A stretch of DNA of 27,780 nucleotides, taken from IMG/VR virus record IMGVR_UViG_3300037449_000224, positions 1 to 27,780 of that record; one strand, 5' to 3'. Below the pieces are notes generated by a model. That model ran no database searches. It worked only from the letters and a program-made list of their open reading frames with translations, and had not been told where the DNA came from. The position numbers and the translations under genes were made by a program. Origin of the DNA: a virus (lineage: Duplodnaviria; Caudoviricetes). The stretch's first letter is position 1; the number at the start of each line of letters is the position of its first letter. Positions 17,711-25,534 of the stretch are shown one piece after another.

Positions 17711-18848
17711 CTTTGATCCTCCTTGCTATCTTTTCTAAAATTGCCTTGTCTGTGAAGAGGGGGGGTGTTAACAGTAACCTACCATTTATAACTCTAACGA
17801 TAACACCTATCTTTAAAAAGAATGATGCAGGTTTGTCACAAGGTAAGGAAATAAGAAGACCTCGTCTTTTGTACAACTTCTCAGGAAAGATGCCTGCTAG
17901 TTCCATATCAAACACACAACCTTTTGATTCTATCTCTGCCTCGAACTTGTTTATATTCCCTACATGACTTAATACTTGTAATGCCGCTGTGCCAGAAACA
18001 TTATTAAACGCAAAGGTACTACTATAAAATCCTTTACTAAGAGTTGCAGGCATATCAGTTGCGTTAAAGAATGTACCGTATAAAGGAAGTCCTCCTGCAA
18101 TACTTTTACCAAAGGCAACAGCAAATGGATGAAGGAAACTGTAGTGTCTGTAAGCAAATACCTTTCCCGTTCTCCAAAATCCAGTCTGCACCTCATCTAC
18201 TATAAGTTTAATCTTGTGTTTTAGCAGTATTTGGTGTAAGTAGGATACAACAGCGGAATCAAGCGGGATACCTCCTCCGTTAGCTATTGGTACAAGTTCT
18301 AAAAGTACTGCTGCTGTATTATTTGTGTATATTGAGTTATCTAAGAGTATATCAAATTGAGAAAGTACTTCTGTAGCTGTGTTTGCATCCAAAATAGAAG
18401 GAAGTACTACTATGTCCTCCCCTTTAACATGTTGTTGCAAAATAACATTAGAGCGACCAGAAAGAGTACCATACTTTCCGTGGTATTGATTATTAAAGGT
18501 AAATACAAACCGTTTCTGTGAAGCCTGTCTTGCTAGATTGATTGCATTAGTCACTGCGTCAGTACCACTGGATGCATAGCATATTTGCATCTTATCAGGT
18601 TTACATAATGCCACCAATTTCTTTGTGACTTGATCTCTAAGACTGTTCGGGTACTCGTAGACAGTTGGTAATGTGTCAAATTGACTTTGAATGTCAATTC
18701 CTTTATACCACAATGACGTTGAACACACAAAGGATTGCATATCGTAGTACTTCTTTCCTGTAGTGTCTTTCAGAACACCCGGTTCTGTATAGGAAGTAAA
18801 CTTAGGGTACCCTTTATATTGGAAAAGATAACTGCTTTGAATTTCCAC
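17685..18848 (-). CDS. Class III PLP-dependent aminotransferase
   Basis: GKKYYDM, SSGTDAVTNAINLAR, YHGK, LIVDEVQTGFWRTGK, FGKSIAGGLPL (PLP lysine), SSTF. Confidence 0.92.
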   Translation of the reverse strand: MEIQSSYLFQYKGYPKFTSYTEPGVLKDTTGKKYYDMQSFVCSTSLWYKGIDIQSQFDTLPTVYEYPNSLRDQVTKKLVALCKPDKMQICYASSGTDAVTNAINLARQASQKRFVFTFNNQYHGKYGTLSGRSNVILQQHVKGEDIVVLPSILDANTATEVLSQFDILLDNSIYTNNTAAVLLELVPIANGGGIPLDSAVVSYLHQILLKHKIKLIVDEVQTGFWRTGKVFAYRHYSFLHPFAVAFGKSIAGGLPLYGTFFNATDMPATLSKGFYSSTFAFNNVSGTAALQVLSHVGNINKFEAEIESKGCVFDMELAGIFPEKLYKRRGLLISLPCDKPASFFLKIGVIVRVINGRLLLTPPLFTDKAILEKIARRIKDAIYVRHD

Positions 18849-19713
18849 TTTTCTTGACTCCCTTCTTTTTTCCGTACATTATTTCGTCAATCTCTTCACC
18901 TGTATGACCCTTGGCTTTAAGTTCCTGTCTTCTACCGCGTTGTAACTTCATCCGTGCACTTACTATTGCTTTAACCTCGGCAGGTGTAGGGGACTGTCTG
19001 CCACTTACAGTCTTACCATCATATAAATCTTTAAGGACTTGATTGAGTTCTCCTAAGGTATCATTGTTAGTAAGTTGAAATGTATTCATCTTAACACAGT
19101 TATCTTTCATACCCTCAAAAGCTATTTTACTAGGAACCTCTATTACGTCCCGTCCAAGTAACTTTGTACCTATAAGTAATGCTTCCTTACCTTTACTACT
19201 TACACGAAATACTGCTATAATGTTCTTGTATGGAAACTTTTCTAGAAATCTCCTTATACGTTCACTATTAACCAGCATGAACTCAGCACGTACATCTTTA
19301 GGGGTGTTATGATTGTCATCCCATGCATAATGAGAAAACGGATAGTACTTCTCAAACTGAGACGGTATAACACCAATGGAACTCAGAGTTACTAAATCGT
19401 ATGTGTGCTCATAAGGGAATGTGCCCCCAATAATTGTCTTGTATGTCCTGCTGGTTGAATAAGGTTTCTTTGCAGTACAATTTGTAAATAAAACCGTTTC
19501 GTGTTTCATTGTGTGGTGATACATAATGTGTTCAAACATCTGTACTGCGTGGGGATGGTGAAAATGTTCCTTACACGGTTTTAACAAAGCAGAATCAACA
19601 CCAAGATCCCAACTTGCTTTTTTTATTATTTCATTTCCTTCTCCCACTAAGGATTCTGTAGCAACTCTAGACGTTTTAATTGAACTCTCATACCCTTTAA
19701 GACTGAATGCCAT
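18814..19713 (-). CDS. DUF5591 / archaeosine synthase (ArcS) catalytic-domain-like protein
   Basis: NCTAKKPYSTSRTY matches the ArcS signature (P)C-x3-KPY-x2-S-x2-(H). Downstream SSIGVIPSQFEKYYPFSHYAW resembles the conserved GxVPxELExxYPxxxYD segment. Confidence 0.72.
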   Translation of the reverse strand: MAFSLKGYESSIKTSRVATESLVGEGNEIIKKASWDLGVDSALLKPCKEHFHHPHAVQMFEHIMYHHTMKHETVLFTNCTAKKPYSTSRTYKTIIGGTFPYEHTYDLVTLSSIGVIPSQFEKYYPFSHYAWDDNHNTPKDVRAEFMLVNSERIRRFLEKFPYKNIIAVFRVSSKGKEALLIGTKLLGRDVIEVPSKIAFEGMKDNCVKMNTFQLTNNDTLGELNQVLKDLYDGKTVSGRQSPTPAEVKAIVSARMKLQRGRRQELKAKGHTGEEIDEIMYGKKKGVKKSGNSKQLSFPI

Positions 19714-22339
19714 TTTTTATATCCTCCAATAAGGTTTCTTTACAACCGATACTTGCTAAATATCTTCTTTGTTCTGCTTCCTTCGGTTCTACCCACTTCG
19801 GATAAACGTACAAGTCAACATCCACAGGCACATTTAATGCTTCCTCTGCAGTTTCTTTCATAATAGAATATACTAGAGAAGCAACTTTTGGTACGTCTGC
19901 GTTCTTAACTTCAAAAACTAACTCATCATGTATTGTTAATACTAACTTAGCATCAAGACCTATTTCCCTGAGTATAAAGTATATCTTAACTGCAGATAGA
20001 TTGGCGCAATCAGCAGCGGTACCTTGTATTGGTGAATTCAATGCTTGTCTTTCAGCTGATGCAATTTCGTCCTCAAATTCACTATCTATCTCTGGAAGAT
20101 GTCTAATGCGACCAAACATCGTTTTAACCTGCTTCTCCCTATGTACAATAGATTTCTGTTGAGCCTGAAAAGCTGATATACCTGGATACATTTTTAAATA
20201 TTCTCTGAGAAAGGTTTCAGCTACAGATCTATCTATACCTAATTCTTCAGCTATTGAATTTGCACCTCTACCGTACATTATACCGAAGTTAATACCCTTT
20301 GCAATAATACGTTCTTCCTTTGTAACCTCTTGTTTATGAAGGACACGTTTTGCTACTTCTGTGTGTATGTCTCGACCTTCATTAAATACTCTAAGAAGAT
20401 CTGGATCTCTAGTTAATGCAGCCAGTACACGTATTTCTATCTGAGAAAAGTCTGCCCCTACTAAACTGCAACCTGCTTCTGCAGTAAATAAGGAACGCAT
20501 TTTGTTTCCACGCGGAATGTTTTGTAAGTTTGGTTTGGTGCAGGATAACCTACCTGTTTCTGTTCCGTGTTGTTTGAAGTTCGGATGTATACGATTTGAT
20601 TCATCTAAACCCTTTTCTAACCCGAGTACATATGTTTTGTACTCCTTCATCGCTCCGCGGTAGTTTAAAATACTTCTTACTATCTTGTGTTTATGTTTTA
20701 TTTCTGAAAGTGCTTCATCGTCAACTTTACGTTTGCCAGTTGGAGTCTTTGATGGATTCTTTGATAAGTTCAAATCATCATAAAGTACAGCACCTAATTG
20801 GTCTATAGAGTTAATGTTGAACTCCTTACCAGATCGTTTGAATATTAAACCTTTACGTTTTTCAATACGTCTTTCTAACTGTACCCTTAAGTAAGATATT
20901 GTGTCCCTATCAATCTTTGTACCATTGTATTCAGTTTCTGCAAGTGCAACTGCAAAAGGCATTATCAAACTGTGGAATAGGTGATTCCTTACTGGGTCCT
21001 GTTCTAATTCAGCTGAAAAGATTTTATATAACCTGAGTGTAGCATCTGCATCTCCTGCAGCGTACTTATACATAATATGCATTGGGATGTCACCGTAGTC
21101 AGTTGTCTTATTAGCTTTTTTGTAAGTATCAAGTTCTCCCTCATAAGAAGCTAGGTCAGGAAACCTTCGTGCAAGATGTTTTAAGTCGTGAGGCGGTCTT
21201 TCCCATATTAAGTGGTGAGCTAACATAGTATCAAAGTAGAAAGGTGTCCGTATTTCACCGTCCTTGATTACGCAACGGGACAGGTCTACACCTACTTTCT
21301 TTAAAAATTTGTAGTCAAACTTACCATTGTGCATCACAAGTTTTTTCTTACTTGGGTCAGTCAGTAGTTCCCTATAACTATTGAGTATGTATGTTTCTGT
21401 TGCAGGGTCCCATATCTTCTTATGATTTTCCCAAAGAGGAATGTATAATCCTGTCTTCTCTTGCCATGAAAAGGATGTCCCTAACATATGATCGTGTACA
21501 AAGTCAGGGTCGTCTCCAATAACGGATGTTTCTAAGTCTACTGATAGTTCCTCTACCTCTGAGATGCGGTGAAACACGGAATCCAACTTACTTCTCTCAT
21601 CGATACAAACGTACTTACCAAAGTCTATTGTGCCTGATGCCTTTTGTTTTGCTAATTGTAAGTCACTGATCAGTAGGGGTCTTAGATTTATGTTGCGAAG
21701 AATTGCAGCAGGATGCAAAGTAGGAATACATGACTTACCCTGGTATGCTATTAAGGAACCTCTACGTTCCATAATCTTTTGTAACTTGAGAACAGCAAAG
21801 AGTGCGGTGGCTCCGCAAAGTATTATAACTTTAAGTTGTGGCATACTTTTTATCAACCAGTTCAAATAAGGTATACAAGTACTCATTTCTTCCTTTGATG
21901 GTTGTCTATTGGATGGAGGTCTACACATGCATACATTAGCAATACAAACCTGCTCCCTAGTAAGACCTACTTCCTTAAGAGCATCAATAAGTAATCTACC
22001 TGAGGAACCAACAAAAGGTTTACCGCAAGCATCTTCCTCTGCTCCAGGCGCTTCACCAACTAAAAGGATATCCGCATTTTTATCACCGTCAGGAAGTACA
22101 TAATTTCTTTTTGATTTGCAAAGAGAACAGAGGGTACAGGAAAAGGGGTCATCAATAACTCTTGATTCTTGGGCATTGGGTCCTGACCTAGTAAGTTTCT
22201 TTTCCTTAGCCTGAGAGTCATATTCTTTCTGAGCTTCTTCAACTTGTTTAATGCGCTCAAGAACATCAGGAAGAATTTCACCATTGACTGTGTCAAATAG
22301 ATTTAATTTAACTTCCGGACGTGTTGGTCGTTTGGCCAT
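19697..22339 (-). CDS. polA: Family A DNA polymerase with N-terminal family-4 uracil-DNA glycosylase domain and 3'-5' exonuclease
   Basis: UDG: CTLC, VGEAPGAEED, PFVG, NVCMCRPP, LHPAAILR. Exo: VDLETS, HNGKFD, YAAGDAD. Pol: TGRLSC, NLQNIP, DFSQIEIR (A), RIIAKGINFGIMYG (B), IHDELV (C). Start MAKRP at 22339 after GGGAG. Confidence 0.96.
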   Translation of the reverse strand: MAKRPTRPEVKLNLFDTVNGEILPDVLERIKQVEEAQKEYDSQAKEKKLTRSGPNAQESRVIDDPFSCTLCSLCKSKRNYVLPDGDKNADILLVGEAPGAEEDACGKPFVGSSGRLLIDALKEVGLTREQVCIANVCMCRPPSNRQPSKEEMSTCIPYLNWLIKSMPQLKVIILCGATALFAVLKLQKIMERRGSLIAYQGKSCIPTLHPAAILRNINLRPLLISDLQLAKQKASGTIDFGKYVCIDERSKLDSVFHRISEVEELSVDLETSVIGDDPDFVHDHMLGTSFSWQEKTGLYIPLWENHKKIWDPATETYILNSYRELLTDPSKKKLVMHNGKFDYKFLKKVGVDLSRCVIKDGEIRTPFYFDTMLAHHLIWERPPHDLKHLARRFPDLASYEGELDTYKKANKTTDYGDIPMHIMYKYAAGDADATLRLYKIFSAELEQDPVRNHLFHSLIMPFAVALAETEYNGTKIDRDTISYLRVQLERRIEKRKGLIFKRSGKEFNINSIDQLGAVLYDDLNLSKNPSKTPTGKRKVDDEALSEIKHKHKIVRSILNYRGAMKEYKTYVLGLEKGLDESNRIHPNFKQHGTETGRLSCTKPNLQNIPRGNKMRSLFTAEAGCSLVGADFSQIEIRVLAALTRDPDLLRVFNEGRDIHTEVAKRVLHKQEVTKEERIIAKGINFGIMYGRGANSIAEELGIDRSVAETFLREYLKMYPGISAFQAQQKSIVHREKQVKTMFGRIRHLPEIDSEFEDEIASAERQALNSPIQGTAADCANLSAVKIYFILREIGLDAKLVLTIHDELVFEVKNADVPKVASLVYSIMKETAEEALNVPVDVDLYVYPKWVEPKEAEQRRYLASIGCKETLLEDIKNGIQS

Positions 22340-22805
22340 GCAGCTCACTCTCCCAAGGAAATACGATATAGGCTGTAGTCTCAATTGTGCACGCGGCAAA
22401 GGTATTTTGGGGTACAGGTTGTTTCGCTACAAGAAATATCCAGTTAACAGTCGGTTGATCACAACCTATGGATGCTTCTGTGTAGTTGTCAAATGTAGTT
22501 CCTGTATCATAAATATCATCCACCACAATAACCTTTTTGTACCTGCCTTTAAATGTTTTTAGTAATGCAACAAACTCCATAGCGTTGTTAACACTATAAA
22601 TCGGTAGTTCCATGTTTCTTGTAATATAGTGTGCAACAGGGAGGGCATCATGTGCCAGAGCTACAACAGCAATTTTAGCTTCTTCTGCTCCGTCCGGAAG
22701 GTGCTCAACCCACAAATAATCTATCAAAAGATCTTCTAACTGGGTAACAAAAGTAGTATCTAGTTTAAGTTGTATTCCTTCTAAGTACGGTTTTGGTTCT
22801 TTCAT
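22308..22805 (-). CDS. Type I purine phosphoribosyltransferase (xanthine/guanine PRT-like)
   Basis: PRPP-binding motif VIVVDDIYDTGTT and C-terminal YIVFPWE. Confidence 0.85.
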   Translation of the reverse strand: MKEPKPYLEGIQLKLDTTFVTQLEDLLIDYLWVEHLPDGAEEAKIAVVALAHDALPVAHYITRNMELPIYSVNNAMEFVALLKTFKGRYKKVIVVDDIYDTGTTFDNYTEASIGCDQPTVNWIFLVAKQPVPQNTFAACTIETTAYIVFPWESELHGQTTNTSGS

Positions 22806-22807
22806 GG

Positions 22808-23653
22808 TTATCTCAAGTACTTTCCGGCATTAACTATCGCCACTGCATTATGGTAGTGTATACTCTCCTCGTGGTCAACAACTACTACATAATCAATTAT
22901 TTCTGGTTTACTATCAAGCATCATCGTTATGTTTCTTGCAGCATCTTCACTAAACTGTGGATGTTCCCATGTCAATTTTGCTATTGCTTGTTCATCCGGC
23001 CTCTTAATAAGAGTGTACGGAATTGTTACCACTGACTTTTCTATATCAAGTATCAGTTGTTGTAAATCCACATTCTCAGGAGAATCAAATTCCACAGTCA
23101 CATTTGCAAAACTACGTTGCATGTGTGGCGCTCCCCTTCCAGTACCTGCTTCTTCTAAAGCACAACCAAGTGCCTGTGAACAAGGACAAGTGGAAATGTA
23201 TTGTACTATAGGTGTGACATAAAGTTTACCACTTGAATGCGCTTCAAATATAACTTCATAAGGAGACTTACTATAAAGTTTAGAAACAGGTGATTGCTTT
23301 TCTATGTACACAGTAGTACGTACTTTTAAAAAAGCTGTTTCGCTTTCATTCCTTTTTTGTAATTCTTTCACAGCATCAATAAACGCAGAAGGTTTCAAGG
23401 TATACTGAGTTAAATGCTGATCAAACACCTGCGCGAATCTAGACATGTTAACACCTTTCACATGTGCAGGCAGGTCAACATATCCAGAAACCTTTGCTAT
23501 TGTATGTTGTTCATTAACCTCGGTATGCTCCTTACTGACATACAGGGTTATTGGTAAGGATACACCACTAATACCAACCTTGTTGATTTTTACACCGCGT
23601 GTGTCCGGTGCGTTCTGTGTGTCTGGTAAGTGCAAAACTATTTCCTCACTCAT
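22808..23653 (-). CDS. folE2: GTP cyclohydrolase IB (FolE2/MptA family)
   Basis: LPDTQ, INKVGI, KGVNMSRF, STCPCS, PHMQRS, IKRPDE, PQFSEDAAR, HEESIHYHNA. Confidence 0.93.
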   Translation of the reverse strand: MSEEIVLHLPDTQNAPDTRGVKINKVGISGVSLPITLYVSKEHTEVNEQHTIAKVSGYVDLPAHVKGVNMSRFAQVFDQHLTQYTLKPSAFIDAVKELQKRNESETAFLKVRTTVYIEKQSPVSKLYSKSPYEVIFEAHSSGKLYVTPIVQYISTCPCSQALGCALEEAGTGRGAPHMQRSFANVTVEFDSPENVDLQQLILDIEKSVVTIPYTLIKRPDEQAIAKLTWEHPQFSEDAARNITMMLDSKPEIIDYVVVVDHEESIHYHNAVAIVNAGKYLR

Positions 23654-23662
23654 TACAACCTC

Positions 23663-24208
23663 CTATGATAGTTCTGTTAGTATTTTATTTACTATGGTAG
23701 TTGCTTTCTTTTTATCAGTAGCATACTTCAATACCTTTGTTGGAACAAAAACAAACATATCTTGAAAACTCTGATTCACTTGTTTCTGCTTTGTTGCATC
23801 CTGCTCATAAGTAGCATCTATCTTTTTGACTTTACTTCTTTTTATGATCCTCTCTGCAATAATGTCATGGTGGTCTGCATAAAGAAACACTGTAAGGTCA
23901 ACTAATTGTTTGTACCTCTGTAGATGTCTTTCTATGTCCAAAACTGACCAGGTGTGGTTACTAAAGATATGGTCATAAATTATGGTTGTAAATATACTTC
24001 TATCTACAAGTACATATGAGTACAACGTACCCAACTCTTTAGCTATTTCTAACTTCTTGAATTCAAAAGTTAAACTAGCTTCAAAGGTTGGGCATCGTTT
24101 ATGATCGAATTTAGGACAAATAGCAGTTGAGTTAGGAAGTTTTGCAAGTAGACCCTGTATAGTAGTACTCTTTCCTACTCCGTCCGCTCCATCGATCACT
24201 ATGATCAT
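23663..24208 (-). CDS. Thymidylate-kinase-like dNMP kinase
   Basis: P-loop IVIDGADGVGKST, VLVDRSIFT, LTVFL...IAERIIKR. Confidence 0.85.
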   Translation of the reverse strand: MIIVIDGADGVGKSTTIQGLLAKLPNSTAICPKFDHKRCPTFEASLTFEFKKLEIAKELGTLYSYVLVDRSIFTTIIYDHIFSNHTWSVLDIERHLQRYKQLVDLTVFLYADHHDIIAERIIKRSKVKKIDATYEQDATKQKQVNQSFQDMFVFVPTKVLKYATDKKKATTIVNKILTELS

Positions 24209-24546
24209 TTTACAACTCCAGGTACAGTTGGTGTGGGTGTAACTTGTTCTTTTGGTTCGTTCTCAGGAGTGATACTAGACACTACTGCAACTTTTCCGTC
24301 TTCAAAAGATTTACTCTGTACAATCTGAAGTACAATCCTCTGATTTGTTCCAAGTGCCATCCTTGGGAGTGACATCTCGCCTGACTCTACTTTTTTCATA
24401 TCATCAGGAGTTAAATTAAAAGCTACTACGACAGGAATCCTTGTATTAGGATTCATTGGGTTGTTTCCCACCCAATCAACTATTGCATAGTTACCTGGTG
24501 TGACAACAGAGTCAATAGTCATTAAGGTTACTGGTTGTTCAAACAT
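24205..24546 (-). CDS. Hypothetical protein
   Basis: 113 aa; RBS AGGAGG; overlaps both neighbours. Confidence 0.65.
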   Translation of the reverse strand: MFEQPVTLMTIDSVVTPGNYAIVDWVGNNPMNPNTRIPVVVAFNLTPDDMKKVESGEMSLPRMALGTNQRIVLQIVQSKSFEDGKVAVVSSITPENEPKEQVTPTPTVPGVVK

Positions 24547-24907
24547 TTTTTCCCCTCCTTTCTTTTTTTTGGTTTTGTTCTAACCATATGTGTACATCTA
24601 CACATTCAGCGGTAACAAACCCTTTCTTTGAGCTGAACTGAAGAAATAAGTCTTCTTTTGTTTTGTAAACTAATTGAGGACGAACTTTAGAAGGCGGACA
24701 AAATACAATGTAATTGTAATGCAGTTTACTGGCAAGTTTTCTAACTAACCGAGGAACTTGTTTTAGAGTCACAGTATCAGCAAAGGAAACAATAGGAACT
24801 ATGTGTCTCTCTTCATCCTCTGTTATATCAATTGGAATAATGTCTAAAAAGTGTTCTGTAATCATCGCACGTGTTGTTACTCTTTTGTCTAAACGTTTAG
24901 CAAGCAT
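24539..24907 (-). CDS. Hypothetical protein
   Basis: 122 aa; RBS AAGGAG upstream. Confidence 0.65.
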   Translation of the reverse strand: MLAKRLDKRVTTRAMITEHFLDIIPIDITEDEERHIVPIVSFADTVTLKQVPRLVRKLASKLHYNYIVFCPPSKVRPQLVYKTKEDLFLQFSSKKGFVTAECVDVHIWLEQNQKKERRGKNV

Positions 24908-24919
24908 TAGTTGGCTCCT

Positions 24920-25534
24920 TTACTTTGGTAACACTTTTAGTGTTGCGGAATAGATACTATTAAGTTCTTCCTTAATAGCATAAGCTATCATTGACATTAT
25001 TGCAGCTTCATGAGTCTTTTCAACTTCGCAATTAGATGGAAAACATAGATGTAGATCGTTCAGATTCCCTGCAAACTTTGGAGCTTTTTTTCCTGCGTAC
25101 AAGTTCAACCCTATATGAATTAAACTTGAATGAGCTGTTTGGGTAGCTATTGATACAGAATACTTTTTTCTATTATCCCCTGCTCCCGAAAGGATATCAT
25201 CCCCATCAACATAAAGGTTGATCGATTTGTTCTCTTTAAAGCTGCTAAGTTTATCAGCTATCGTGTGAATAAGCACCCTCTGTAAGGCTACAGCACCTAC
25301 AATGTTGGTGAACGGGAGTTCTAATACAATGTTAAGTGCATCGGAACTCCAAATTGGGTCATTCAGTACTACATCTTCAGAATCTATCATTTCACCTATC
25401 TTTACATCCATCGGTCCTCTAAAAATTACAATGTTAGCCACTCCCCTTGATAACTTATAAGGAAAGGTAGAGGTTAACTGAGTCCCATTGTACTTCAACT
25501 TCTTGCTGTACTCATACACATTAAAATTTATCAT
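24920..25534 (-). CDS. DUF366 family protein (biotin/lipoate ligase / class II aaRS-like fold)
   Basis: YNGTQL, IVIFRGPMDV, EMIDSED, IWSSDALNIVLE, ALQRVL, DGDDI, KKYSVSIAT and IHIGLN follow the DUF366 pattern as I recall it. Confidence 0.75.
   Translation of the reverse strand: MINFNVYEYSKKLKYNGTQLTSTFPYKLSRGVANIVIFRGPMDVKIGEMIDSEDVVLNDPIWSSDALNIVLELPFTNIVGAVALQRVLIHTIADKLSSFKENKSINLYVDGDDILSGAGDNRKKYSVSIATQTAHSSLIHIGLNLYAGKKAPKFAGNLNDLHLCFPSNCEVEKTHEAAIMSMIAYAIKEELNSIYSATLKVLPK

Noticed and set aside
5858-22296. Small nested minus-strand ORFs (5858-6088, 17969-18196, 22060-22296)
   Set aside because: They are alternate frames wholly inside larger genes with no supporting signal.
13482-22339. 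Inteins or introns in recA or polA
   Set aside because: Both proteins have normal length with contiguous motifs and no splicing or endonuclease inserts seen.
22340-22399. 20-aa N-terminal extension of PolA in the ORF track (likewise extended starts at 15136, 12576, 5500, 3672 and 27486)
   Set aside because: Downstream ATGs have better RBSs or stop-start coupling and avoid long overlaps.
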